Positions 1 through 8,442 of a stretch of 24,571 nt of DNA are shown here, one piece after another (position 1 is the stretch's first letter; each line of letters opens with the position of its first letter). Origin of the DNA: a virus (Duplodnaviria; Caudoviricetes); the IMG/VR virus record IMGVR_UViG_3300020042_005007, positions 1 through 24,571 of that record; one strand, 5' to 3'. Under the pieces are notes generated by a model that did not search any database, was not told the origin of the DNA, and was given only the letters and a program-made list of their open reading frames with translations. The position numbers were made by a program, and so were the translations under genes.

Positions 1-185
1 TGAAATCTAAGATGGGTGCCAGCGGCGGCATGAAGAAAAAAGGCTATGCTGCAGGCGGCGCTGTTGATATGGCGGGCCCAGAGGGCAAGACCATGAGCCA
101 GCCTGTTAAGAAAACAGTGACCGGTGATACTGTTTCAGTGCGCGGCGTCGGTGCAGCCCGGGCTCAAAAAGCAACTATCTATTAA
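1..185 (+). CDS. 5'-truncated small Lys/Met/Gly-rich protein with GG motifs (not in ORF track)
   Basis: Frame from base 3 reads KSKMGASGGMKKKGYAAGGAVDMAGPEGKTMSQPVKKTVTGDTVSVRGVGAARAQKATIY, with TAA at 183-185, 3 nt before the next ATG. Confidence 0.85.
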   Translation, partial: KSKMGASGGMKKKGYAAGGAVDMAGPEGKTMSQPVKKTVTGDTVSVRGVGAARAQKATIY

Positions 186-188
186 AAA

Positions 189-869
189 ATGACTACCTCT
201 TGCGTCTCCTCCTACAACCCGGACTTTGATGAGATCATCACCGAAGCGTATGAACGCTGCGGCCTGCAGGTTCGGGATGGGTATGACGTTTTGTCTGCGC
301 GCCGCTCATTAAATTTAATGTTTGCTGAGTGGGCTAATCGCGGATTAAATCTGTATACGATTGAGCAGCGGCAGGTGGTCTTGGTTGCTGGCACGTCTGA
401 GTACTCGTTGCCAGACGATACGGTAGATGCTTTGTCGGCGGTAATACGTACTAATTCTGGGCAGTCTGATCAGCAAGATATTACGATTGACCGGATTGGT
501 AGTGCGGAGTATTTGCATACGCCCAACAAGCTGACTACTTCGCGTCCTGCCCAGTTTTATGTGCAGCGCACGGTGCCGGCAAAACTGTTTTTGTATCCCG
601 CGCCCGATGCAACGCAAACATACATATTTAGATACTACGCTATTCGCCGTATACAAGAAACTGGTGCAGTCACCAATACAGCGGATATTTCTTTCCGTTT
701 TCTGCCTTGTTTGACTTCGGGCTTGGCGTATTATTTAGCTGTCAAAAAAGCGCCAGATCGTATTGCTATGCTCAAGCAGTTTTATGAAGAAGAGTTTGCG
801 CGAGCAGCGGCAGAGGACAGAGAGCGGTCTAGTTATTTTGCAGTACCTACGTATACGGAGAGTTACTGA
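189..869 (+). CDS. Putative head-tail adaptor / tail tubular protein A-like
   Basis: 226 aa: helical N-terminus, beta-rich middle (LFLYPAPD...YIFRYY), helical C-terminus (GLAYYLA...YEEEF). Fold pattern and position suggest an adaptor; function is inferred. Confidence 0.55.
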   Translation: MTTSCVSSYNPDFDEIITEAYERCGLQVRDGYDVLSARRSLNLMFAEWANRGLNLYTIEQRQVVLVAGTSEYSLPDDTVDALSAVIRTNSGQSDQQDITIDRIGSAEYLHTPNKLTTSRPAQFYVQRTVPAKLFLYPAPDATQTYIFRYYAIRRIQETGAVTNTADISFRFLPCLTSGLAYYLAVKKAPDRIAMLKQFYEEEFARAAAEDRERSSYFAVPTYTESY

Positions 870-1201
870 TGGCTGGGTACACTTCTGGCAAATTTGGTCT
901 TGCTCTGTGTGATCAGTGTGGTCAGCAGTTCAAGCTAAATCAGCTTAAAAAAGAGTGGACAGGGTTTAAGGTCTGCGATGAGTGCTATGAGCCTAAGCAC
1001 CCGCAGCTTGAGCCTAAGCGCACGTTAAACGAGCCTCAGGCTTTGTTAGAGCCACGCCCAGAATCACGACTGGGCGTTAACGTTTATGTAGGGGACACGG
1101 GAGATACTTCTTTTGCAAGTATTGGCATGCAACCTATGCCTCCTGCAAGAAATTTAGTAGCCGGCGCTATGCTTGGAACAGTTACAACGAGCATCACATG
1201 A
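869..1201 (+). CDS. Small phage protein with two CxxC motifs (possible Zn ribbon), likely structural
   Basis: 110 aa with CDQC and CDEC; coupled by TGATG upstream and ATGA downstream. Confidence 0.6.
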   Translation: MAGYTSGKFGLALCDQCGQQFKLNQLKKEWTGFKVCDECYEPKHPQLEPKRTLNEPQALLEPRPESRLGVNVYVGDTGDTSFASIGMQPMPPARNLVAGAMLGTVTTSIT

Positions 1202-2043
1202 ACTACTCTCAATTAAACGCTGCTATTCAAGCGTATACCAATAACACCGATACAGATTTTGTAGCGCAGATTCCTGTTTTTGTAAAACAGGCGGAGCAGC
1301 GAATTGACAACACTGTTCAAGTTGCTAATTTGCGCAAGAACATGACGGGAAATATACAGGCGGGCAATAAATATTTGCCTTGTCCTGAAGATTTTCTTTC
1401 TACTTACTCGTTGGCGTTGTACTCTGCGCCAACCCCAACTGCAACCGGGACAGCAGCAGCTTTTACAATTGTGGTTTCTAGCGCCACAGATATTGTTGCA
1501 GGCATGTTTGTTTCTGGTACAGGCATTGCAACTGGTGCTGTAGTTTCTACAATTGTGGGAACTACGGTTACGCTTACCATTGCTAATACTGGAACAGTAT
1601 CAGGCACTGTAACGTTTCAAGGCGATTACATTTATTTGTTAAATCGTGATGTTAATTTTATCCGCGAAACATACCCAAATCCTTTAAAACGAAATACGCC
1701 TAAGCATTATGCTATTTTTGGTCCTAGCACCAGCAATGTTAATGAGTTGGTATTTATTTTAGGACCTACTCCAAATGCTGATTACCGGGCGGAATTGCAT
1801 TTTTATTACTACCCTGAATCAATTGTTACTGCAGGTACTTCATACCTTGGTGACAACTTTGATAGCGTTCTTTTGTATGGCTCTTTAGTTGAAGCGTACA
1901 CCTACATGAAGGGTGAGGCTGACATGATGGCGTTGTACGACGGTAAATACAAAGAAGCGCTGGGCTTATTGAAGAATTTGGGTGATGCTAAGCAACGTGG
2001 CGATGCTTATCAGGATGGCCAAGTAAAACTACCGGTGAGGTAA
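1198..2043 (+). CDS. Second adaptor-like neck protein with an inserted Thr/Val/Gly beta module
   Basis: 281 aa with a layout like 189..869 (ILGPTP..Y..ELHFYYYP; LLYGSLVEAY). A compositionally distinct TATGTAAAFTIVV...GTVSGTVTF segment lies in the middle. Confidence 0.55.
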   Translation: MNYSQLNAAIQAYTNNTDTDFVAQIPVFVKQAEQRIDNTVQVANLRKNMTGNIQAGNKYLPCPEDFLSTYSLALYSAPTPTATGTAAAFTIVVSSATDIVAGMFVSGTGIATGAVVSTIVGTTVTLTIANTGTVSGTVTFQGDYIYLLNRDVNFIRETYPNPLKRNTPKHYAIFGPSTSNVNELVFILGPTPNADYRAELHFYYYPESIVTAGTSYLGDNFDSVLLYGSLVEAYTYMKGEADMMALYDGKYKEALGLLKNLGDAKQRGDAYQDGQVKLPVR

Positions 2044-2046
2044 CCC

Positions 2047-2463
2047 ATGATTACAGCCGGACTAACTAACAGTTTTAAACAACAGCTTTTGTTAGCGGTG
2101 CATGACTTTAGCGTGGATACGATAAAGATTGCGCTGTATACGTCTGCGGCTACGCTAGATGAAACCACCACTGTATACAGCACATCCAATGAAACATCCG
2201 GAACGGGGTATACAGCAGGCGGAGAAATCCTTACAGGGGTTACGGTGACATTAACAGGCAGTATTGCCTATGTGTCATTTAACAATCCTACTTGGAATGG
2301 CTCTTCGTTTACGACACGTGGTGCCCTGATTTACAATTCTTCCAAGAGCAATAAATCGATTGGCGTGTTGAATTTTGGGCTTGACCAGACAACGGTAAGC
2401 CAACAATTTCAAATACAGTTTCCACCAAACAATGCAGAAAACGCGCTTATTCGTATTTCTTAA
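2047..2463 (+). CDS. Small beta-rich virion protein, paralogue of 2670..3161
   Basis: 138 aa; shares SF.QL.L..H, K.ALY..ATL..TT.YS.SNE.SGTGY.AGG, LIYNS..S.K.I and ALIR with 2670..3161. Confidence 0.65.
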   Translation: MITAGLTNSFKQQLLLAVHDFSVDTIKIALYTSAATLDETTTVYSTSNETSGTGYTAGGEILTGVTVTLTGSIAYVSFNNPTWNGSSFTTRGALIYNSSKSNKSIGVLNFGLDQTTVSQQFQIQFPPNNAENALIRIS

Positions 2464-2474
2464 AGGAGTTTAAA

Positions 2475-2660
2475 TTGATCACTACAACCAAGGGCGAAAT
2501 GGACGAATCTTTGCTTGAAAAGCGAGAGGGTTCATTGGATAATGACAACGAAACAACCACGTGGGTGGAGTATTGGTTAGAGGGCGAACTTGTGCATCGT
2601 TCAGCACATGTTCAATTAAAGAAAACAGTAACGCTCACTAGCGCAGTGGCATCTTTTTAA
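2475..2660 (+). CDS. Hypothetical phage protein (TTG start)
   Basis: 61 aa; strong SD AAAGGAG upstream of the TTG; fills the gap between the two paralogues. Confidence 0.75.
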   Translation: MITTTKGEMDESLLEKREGSLDNDNETTTWVEYWLEGELVHRSAHVQLKKTVTLTSAVASF

Positions 2661-2669
2661 GGAACTATC

Positions 2670-3161
2670 ATGGCAAATACACAAGCAATGTGCACCTCGT
2701 TTATGAAACAGCTTATGCTTGGTGAGCATCAGCTTGGCACCGCAACACTTGTTTCGCGCACCAGTTTGACTGCACCAACTACAGATACGCTCAAAGCGGC
2801 CTTGTATTTGACAACAGCCACTGTTAATGCGGCTACCACTGCATATTCAGCAAGCAATGAAGTGTCTGGTACAGGTTATGCTGCGGGCGGTGTAACGGTA
2901 ACTAACGCAACCGCGCCAAACTCAACAAATACAACGGCAACAGCAGGTGTGGCGTTTTTTACCCCGTCGGCTTCAATTACATACACCACCGTAACTTTGG
3001 CTACGGCGTTTGATGCAGTGTTAATTTACAACTCTACGCAATCAGACAAGGCAATTAGTGTTCACACTTTTGGTTCGCAAACAATTACCGCTGGTACGTT
3101 TACTCTTACCATGCCTGCAAATACGACAAGCACTGCTTTGATTCGTTTGGCTACAACCTAA
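2670..3161 (+). CDS. Beta-rich virion protein (putative tail/fibre-scaffold subunit), paralogue of 2047..2463
   Basis: 163 aa, Thr/Ala-rich, SD TAAGGA upstream; paralogy visible by eye. Confidence 0.65.
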   Translation: MANTQAMCTSFMKQLMLGEHQLGTATLVSRTSLTAPTTDTLKAALYLTTATVNAATTAYSASNEVSGTGYAAGGVTVTNATAPNSTNTTATAGVAFFTPSASITYTTVTLATAFDAVLIYNSTQSDKAISVHTFGSQTITAGTFTLTMPANTTSTALIRLATT

Positions 3162-3166
3162 TAGGG

Positions 3167-3186
3167 TCGGTGGGGTAACTCACCGG
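3167..3186 (+). promoter_or_regulatory. Intergenic RNA hairpin with a GNRA (GUAA) tetraloop overlapping the SD of 3194
   Basis: TCGGTGGG-GTAA-CTCACCGG forms an 8-bp stem including 2 G-U pairs. The GG of GGAG is in the 3' arm, and no U-tract follows. Confidence 0.5.
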
Positions 3187-3193
3187 AGTAGTC

Positions 3194-4039
3194 ATGTTTG
3201 GAATCTCCGCATTTGCCGAAGCGCCGTTCGCCTCGCTTGCGGGGCAAACAATAGTTGTTAATCTTACCGGCGTCCAAGCATCGGGCGCGGTAGGATCAGT
3301 CACGGGTGATTTGGCATGTGCGCTTACGGGAGTAGAAGCGGCAGGTTCAGTTGGTACTGTTGTTGGAGACAACACGGTGGCACTAACTGGGGTTGAGGCG
3401 CTTGGTGCGGTAGGAGATGTTACAGAAACCAACAACCCAGACGAAACTGGGGTGTTAGCTAACGGCGATGTTGGAACTGTCTCAATGGGTGAGCGTTTTG
3501 TTGCTTTAACCGGTGTTTCAGCTTCAGGCGCGGTTGGTAGTGTTGACTTTTCTTATATTGCAGCTTTAACGGGTGTTGAGGCTTCTGGCGCGGTAGGGAC
3601 GGTCATTCCCGGCAAAGAGTTTGGGCTTAATGGAGCGCAAGCATCGGGCGCGGTTGGTACTGTTGATTTCTCTCCTGTTTTAACAGGTGTTTCAGCTTCG
3701 GGTGAGACAGGTATTGTTGAGATGGGGGAACGGCTTGTAGCTTTAACGGGTGTTGAAGCTGTTGGCGCAGTTGGAGATGTTACTGAAACAAATAATCCAA
3801 CTGAAAATGGTGTACAGGCCACGGGCAGTGTAGGATCAGTAGGAGCGGCTAGAACTGTAGCTTTGACAGGAGTTGGGGCTACGGGTCAAGTTGAAACAGT
3901 CAATTATTTTTATTGGACAACAATAGATGACAGCGAGACTCCAAACTGGCAAAATATCACAGATTCACAGACGCCCAATTGGCAAAATGTGAATGACTCA
4001 CAGACACCTGACTGGGTTGACGTTGAGATGGTTGTGTAA
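3194..4039 (+). CDS. Repetitive acidic fibre/whisker-like protein
   Basis: 281 aa built from about 11 imperfect L(T/N)GVxAxGxVGxV units, with a C-terminal triple DSxTPxW repeat. Confidence 0.65.
   Translation: MFGISAFAEAPFASLAGQTIVVNLTGVQASGAVGSVTGDLACALTGVEAAGSVGTVVGDNTVALTGVEALGAVGDVTETNNPDETGVLANGDVGTVSMGERFVALTGVSASGAVGSVDFSYIAALTGVEASGAVGTVIPGKEFGLNGAQASGAVGTVDFSPVLTGVSASGETGIVEMGERLVALTGVEAVGAVGDVTETNNPTENGVQATGSVGSVGAARTVALTGVGATGQVETVNYFYWTTIDDSETPNWQNITDSQTPNWQNVNDSQTPDWVDVEMVV
3922..4024 (+). repeat. Three tandem 33-nt (11 aa) coding repeats
   Basis: Translation DDSETPNWQNI / TDSQTPNWQNV / NDSQTPDWVDV. Confidence 0.85.
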
Positions 4040-4048
4040 GGACATAAT

Positions 4049-4519
4049 ATGGCTTTTGTTGTAGCAGACCGCGTTAAAGAAACTACTACCACGGCTGGTA
4101 CGGGTACGGTGACGCTGCTTGGCGCGGCCACAGGGTTTCAATCTTTTGCTGTTGTAGGTGATGCCAACACAACTTATTATTGTATTGCAGCCCAATCAGG
4201 TAATGAGTGGGAAGTGGGTATTGGCACATATACTTCTTCTGGTACAACATTAGCGCGTACCACGGTTTTTTCTAACAGTTCTGCTACACAGCCCTCGGCT
4301 TTGTCTTTTTCTGCAGGTACAAAAGATGTATTTATTACATATCCATCAACAGTGGCGGCGTTTGCTAACGGCGCGGGCGCTGTGCAGGAAAACTATACAA
4401 CAGTGACGGGTACATACACAATGACACCCGGAAAAAATGGCGTGAGCGTAGGCCCAGTTACGATTAGTTCAGGCGCTTCTTTCACCGTTGGTAGCGGTCA
4501 ACGCTGGCTTGTTTTGTAA
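4049..4519 (+). CDS. Short fibre/adaptor protein with a C-terminal GPxTISSG...SGQRW module
   Basis: 156 aa; ADRVKET...WEVGIGTY N-terminal domain; C-terminus homologous to that of 4529..5314. Confidence 0.65.
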   Translation: MAFVVADRVKETTTTAGTGTVTLLGAATGFQSFAVVGDANTTYYCIAAQSGNEWEVGIGTYTSSGTTLARTTVFSNSSATQPSALSFSAGTKDVFITYPSTVAAFANGAGAVQENYTTVTGTYTMTPGKNGVSVGPVTISSGASFTVGSGQRWLVL

Positions 4520-4528
4520 AGGATTATT

Positions 4529-5314
4529 ATGGCAGTAACCAATTTCTCCCCACTCCTTGGTCTGGCGTTGCCAACCACAGGAGATTTGTCTGGTACGTGG
4601 GGAACTACGGTCAATACCGCTATTACTGAGCTACTTGATTCGGCAGTTGCGGGCACAACAACGCTTAGTGCAAACGCTGACGTAACTTTATCTACGACCA
4701 ACGGCGCAGCCAACCAAGCACGTAACGCAGTAATTCTGTGGACAGCCAGTAACGGCGCTACTACACGAAACATTACGGCTCCCGCACAGAGTAAGGCGTA
4801 TATTGTTATCAATGCGGGTACAGGTGCTATTGTGATTCGCGGTGCTGGCCCTACGATTGGCGTTTCTGTTTCTGCTGGCGCTAAAACTTTAGTTGCTTGG
4901 AACGGTAGCGATTTTGTCAGTATTTCTTCAACCGTATTTTCTGGAGTTATCTCGGTTGAGGGCACAGCGGCTTCTGGCGCTGCTATACGTTTATTTGAAG
5001 ATACTGATAACGGAACCAACTACATTGCCCTTCAAGCGCCAGCCGCCCTTGCAACAAACGTAACGCTTACACTTCCAGATAACGATGGTACGGCCAATCA
5101 AGTTTTAGCTACTGACGGTAACGGTGTTTTATCATTTGCTAATTCTGGTGGTAGCCTTTCAGGTGCTGATGGCGCAATCATAATTAACAAGACAACCATT
5201 GGGGTAAGTTATACAATTGCATCTGGTACAAACGGGTTTTCAGTAGGCCCGATGACTATTTCAAGTGGTTACGCTATTACTGTTTCTTCCGGCCAACGCT
5301 GGGTTGTCATTTAA
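4529..5314 (+). CDS. Tail fibre protein (proximal)
   Basis: 261 aa; LGLALPTTG..GTWG anchor-like N-terminus, TLPDNDGTANQVLATDGNGVLSF linker, SVGPMTISSG...SGQRWVVI end. Confidence 0.7.
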   Translation: MAVTNFSPLLGLALPTTGDLSGTWGTTVNTAITELLDSAVAGTTTLSANADVTLSTTNGAANQARNAVILWTASNGATTRNITAPAQSKAYIVINAGTGAIVIRGAGPTIGVSVSAGAKTLVAWNGSDFVSISSTVFSGVISVEGTAASGAAIRLFEDTDNGTNYIALQAPAALATNVTLTLPDNDGTANQVLATDGNGVLSFANSGGSLSGADGAIIINKTTIGVSYTIASGTNGFSVGPMTISSGYAITVSSGQRWVVI

Positions 5315-5323
5315 GGAAATAAC

Positions 5324-6478
5324 ATGAGTACGATTGCAGCAGGAACCACATCAGGCACAGCGCTAGTTAGCACTGGCAATACGTCGGGCGAACTACAACT
5401 TCAAGTCAACGGCACAACGCCTTCTGTTACTTTAGCCGCCAACGGCTCTATTGGTGTTGGCTCATCACCCTCTTATGGTTCGTCAGGACAAGTTTTAATT
5501 TCTGGTGGTTCAAGCACGGCTCCAGCTTGGGGGACGGCTACCAGTGTCACTGTTCAAACCTTTACATCTACAGGCACATGGACAAAACCTGCTGGCGCTA
5601 CGTTTGTGCAAGTTGAACTGTGGGGCGGTGGCGGCGGCGGTGCTTCTGGCGCAAGACGAGCTTCAGGTGCGGGTAGGGCTGGCGGTGGTGGTGGTGGTGC
5701 TGGCGCAAGAGTGCAACAAATCTTTAGTGCAGCAGATTTAACTTCAACCGTTTCGGTGACTATTGGCGCGGGAGGCACGGGTGGTGCGGCTGTTACTACT
5801 GATACAACTAGTGGCAACGTAGGGACTGTTGGCGGGAATTCATCGTTTGGGAGCTATGTAGTTGCTTATGGTGGTGGCGGTGGCACTGCTGGTGGTGTTG
5901 CAGCTTATTACGGCGGAAGTGGTGGCGGTTCTGGTGGAGCTGGAGTTTCTACTGGAACTTTAAAAGCTGGGGGATTTCCGTCAAACTCAGGCGCAGGTTT
6001 TGGGGCGGCGCTTCTTAATTCTAGTAATACTGTTGGCGGGGGAGGTGGTGGCGTAGGTTCAACAGGTGTCGACGGCGCAGGAAACGCGGAATGGGGCGGT
6101 GCTGCTGGTGGTAGTGGGACAGCGGGATCAGCCCCCGGCGCGGGCGGAAGCTCTGTTTTTAGCGGCGGAGGCGGCGGCGCTGGTGGCAATATTTCAGCAG
6201 CTAACGCTTTAGTTTCCCCAACAGCGGGTGGCACTAGTGGATCATATGTTGAGGGTGGTGGTGGTGCAATTAACACAGCAGGCGCAACACAAGCTACAGG
6301 ATCGGGTTCTGGCGGTGGTGGCGGCGCAGCCTCTACAAGCGGTGCAGCAACTGCTGGCGGTGCGGGTGGTTTCCCTGCAGGCGGCGGCGGGGGTGGCGGT
6401 GCGTCAACCAACGCTGTTGGTAACTCTGGTGCTGGTGGTACTGGCGGCAATGGCTATGTAGTTGTCTACACTTGGTAA
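5324..6478 (+). CDS. Glycine-rich fibre/adhesin protein 1 (putative receptor-binding)
   Basis: 384 aa; a ~75 aa N-terminal module, then [10 protein letters not shown]...[10 protein letters not shown], many poly-Gly runs and a closing [11 protein letters not shown]. Typical of phage polyglycine domains. Confidence 0.75.
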   Translation: MSTIAAGTTSGTALVSTGNTSGELQLQVNGTTPSVTLAANGSIGVGSSPSYGSSGQVLISGGSSTAPAWGTATSVTVQTFTSTGTWTKPAGATFVQVELWGGGGGGASGARRASGAGRAGGGGGGAGARVQQIFSAADLTSTVSVTIGAGGTGGAAVTTDTTSGNVGTVGGNSSFGSYVVAYGGGGGTAGGVAAYYGGSGGGSGGAGVSTGTLKAGGFPSNSGAGFGAALLNSSNTVGGGGGGVGSTGVDGAGNAEWGGAAGGSGTAGSAPGAGGSSVFSGGGGGAGGNISAANALVSPTAGGTSGSYVEGGGGAINTAGATQATGSGSGGGGGAASTSGAATAGGAGGFPAGGGGGGGASTNAVGNSGAGGTGGNGYVVVYTW

Positions 6479-6487
6479 GGAATAAAC

Positions 6488-6724
6488 ATGAGATATGCAA
6501 TTATTGAAAACGGCACAGTGGTTAACGTAGTGGTTGCTGACGCAGAAATTGCTTCTACTAATGGTTGGGTTGCCTGCCCCGTAGCTGGCCCCGGATGGAC
6601 TTACGCTAACAACGTATTCACTGCACCTGTTGTAGTGGAACCCGTAGCACCACCCGCACCAACCAAAGAACAACTGCTTGCGCAACTTAATGCGCTGTCA
6701 GCCCAAATTCAAGCATTGGAGTAA
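6488..6724 (+). CDS. Putative fibre assembly chaperone 1
   Basis: 78 aa; YAIIENG.VVNVVV start and helical APTKEQLLAQLNALSAQIQAL end; directly follows a fibre gene. Confidence 0.65.
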   Translation: MRYAIIENGTVVNVVVADAEIASTNGWVACPVAGPGWTYANNVFTAPVVVEPVAPPAPTKEQLLAQLNALSAQIQALE

Positions 6725-6727
6725 ATT

Positions 6728-7519
6728 ATGGCAATAGTTATTGATGGTAACAACACCCCCACGGCTGGTGGCATAGGGTATGGTGACGGCACAGAGTTGG
6801 CCTTTACTGCGGCTGGATCGGCTGGTGGGGTTCTGTACTCTGCTGGTTCTAGTGCGCCAGCGTTTACTGCGGCTGGTACAAGCGGACAACCAATTGTTTC
6901 TGGTGGTTCTGGCGCACCTGTATTCCGGCCCTACACGCTGCCTGCTTCAGACGGCTCGGCAAGTCAAGTGCTTCAGACCAATGGATCGGGTGCGTTGAGT
7001 TTTGCTACGCCAGTACCGCCGGCATTGATTTTTATCAACAGCCAAACAGTTACAACCCCAGTTTCAGTAATTGATTTTACAACTGGGTTTTCGGCAACCT
7101 ATGATGACTATTTGCTTTTGTTTGAAAATGTTGTAGCAGAAACTTCTCTAATTACTTTTGGTTTTAGGGTTTATAAAAATAGTTCTCTTGTTACAAGTAG
7201 TACCTATAGTTTCCAAAGAGTTTCTTTTACGGCTACAACTGTTTCTGCCACTTCTAATTTTTCATCTAACGATTCAGATTTTGGCAGGGCATATTCAACA
7301 AACTTTACTTTTGGTGAAATAAGAGTGTTTAACGCAAACAGCACAAATGCCTCTTTTTTGTCTAGGGTGTCATCTATTGGTTCAGCAAATAATAGTCGTT
7401 GGGAAGTTTCTTCAAATAACTCTGCGGCTAATTCATTTACGGGTCTTAGAATATATGACCCCTCTAGCAATAACATTTCGTCTGGTGTATTTCGTCTTTA
7501 CGGAGTTGTAAAATCATGA
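6728..7519 (+). CDS. Tail fibre / receptor-binding protein with an AT-rich C-terminal beta domain
   Basis: 263 aa; Gly/Ala/Ser shaft, TLPASDGSASQVLQTNGSGALSF linker, Ser/Phe/Asn-rich head ending SGVFRLYGV. Confidence 0.7.
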   Translation: MAIVIDGNNTPTAGGIGYGDGTELAFTAAGSAGGVLYSAGSSAPAFTAAGTSGQPIVSGGSGAPVFRPYTLPASDGSASQVLQTNGSGALSFATPVPPALIFINSQTVTTPVSVIDFTTGFSATYDDYLLLFENVVAETSLITFGFRVYKNSSLVTSSTYSFQRVSFTATTVSATSNFSSNDSDFGRAYSTNFTFGEIRVFNANSTNASFLSRVSSIGSANNSRWEVSSNNSAANSFTGLRIYDPSSNNISSGVFRLYGVVKS

Positions 7520-7686
7520 AAATTTTAGAAAATGGCGTTGTTCGTGACGCTACAATTGAAGAACTTGCCCAAGCAGAAATAGATAGACTAGCAGCGGCGC
7601 AAGTCATTGAGCCACCAGCGCCAACTAAAGAAGAGTTGCTTGCAGAGTTGCAGGCTCTCACAGCAAAAATTAACGCACTGGGGTAA
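7516..7686 (+). CDS. Putative fibre assembly chaperone 2 (56 aa, not in ORF track)
   Basis: MKILENGVVRDATIEELAQAEIDRLAAAQVIEPPAPTKEELLAELQALTAKINALG; ATGA overlap with the upstream gene; C-terminus matches 6488 and 9479. Confidence 0.8.
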   Translation: MKILENGVVRDATIEELAQAEIDRLAAAQVIEPPAPTKEELLAELQALTAKINALG

Positions 7687-7689
7687 ATT

Positions 7690-7956
7690 ATGACTACAAC
7701 AATTAATGCAGATACAGTCGTAGGTGGCGCAGTCGTCACGGCTGACGCTTCTGGGATTCTGGGGCTTCAAGCTGGTGGTAACACCGGTTTAACGCTAAAC
7801 TCATCCCGGGCTGTTGGCGTAGGCGCTGCTCCCTCTTTTGGTACAGCGGGACAAGTGCTAACGTCACAGGGATCGGCTGCGGCTCCTACTTGGTCAGCAG
7901 CGGGTGGTACAACGGGCGCAAACATATATTTAGCAACAAACTTTGGAGGATTTTAA
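7690..7956 (+). CDS. Short fibre anchor/adaptor protein homologous to the N-terminus of 5324
   Basis: 88 aa; SG.L.LQ..G...TL....GVG..PS(F/Y)G..GQVL.S.GS..AP.W is shared with 5324. Confidence 0.7.
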   Translation: MTTTINADTVVGGAVVTADASGILGLQAGGNTGLTLNSSRAVGVGAAPSFGTAGQVLTSQGSAAAPTWSAAGGTTGANIYLATNFGGF

Positions 7957-7958
7957 TC

Positions 7959-8441
7959 ATGGCAGTTACAGCAACACCAGTATTCACACAGACCCCTAAC
8001 GTAGGGGCATTAAACGCTGTTCTTAGCACGGCAATGACAAACACAAAAGCATTTGACGGCACAGAAGCCGCAGGGACTGCTTTAGCACTTGTCTTTACTG
8101 CGGGGGCTGATGGTTCTCGCATTGACCAGATCATGTGTCGTTTGGCATCTACCAATGGTGCTACAGCATCAGGCACATCATCAGCAACTGTGGTTCGTTT
8201 CTGGATAAACAATAATTCAGTCAATACCACGGCTGGTAATAACATCTTCTTGGGCGAGGTTGCAATCCCTGCAACTGCTGTTACCGCTTTGGGAACAACT
8301 GCATTAACAACTTTCCCGTTGACAATCCCTAATGTGGGCTTGAATCTCCCTGCAACTTACAGAATCTATGCTGGTACTACTGTAGCGGCTGGCGGTACAA
8401 ACATTGCTATCGCTGTTTCTGCATTTGGTGGAAATTACTAA
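7959..8441 (+). CDS. Beta-rich fibre-associated protein (start revised from 7890 to 7959)
   Basis: ATG 7959 follows a GGAGG SD and the stop of 7690..7956; 160 aa, MAVTATPVF...AFGGNY. Confidence 0.7.
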   Translation: MAVTATPVFTQTPNVGALNAVLSTAMTNTKAFDGTEAAGTALALVFTAGADGSRIDQIMCRLASTNGATASGTSSATVVRFWINNNSVNTTAGNNIFLGEVAIPATAVTALGTTALTTFPLTIPNVGLNLPATYRIYAGTTVAAGGTNIAIAVSAFGGNY

Positions 8442-8442
8442 A

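Noticed and set aside
2869-2892. GYAAGG in 2670 (and GYTAGG in 2047) as further copies of the GG motif
   Set aside because: It sits inside the conserved SGTGYxAGG core of a folded domain rather than in a linker, so it is probably coincidental. It does show that the short motif can arise in other contexts.
3922-4024. CRISPR-like short repeats
   Set aside because: They are tandem, in-frame, degenerate at third positions and have no spacers, so they are a protein repeat.
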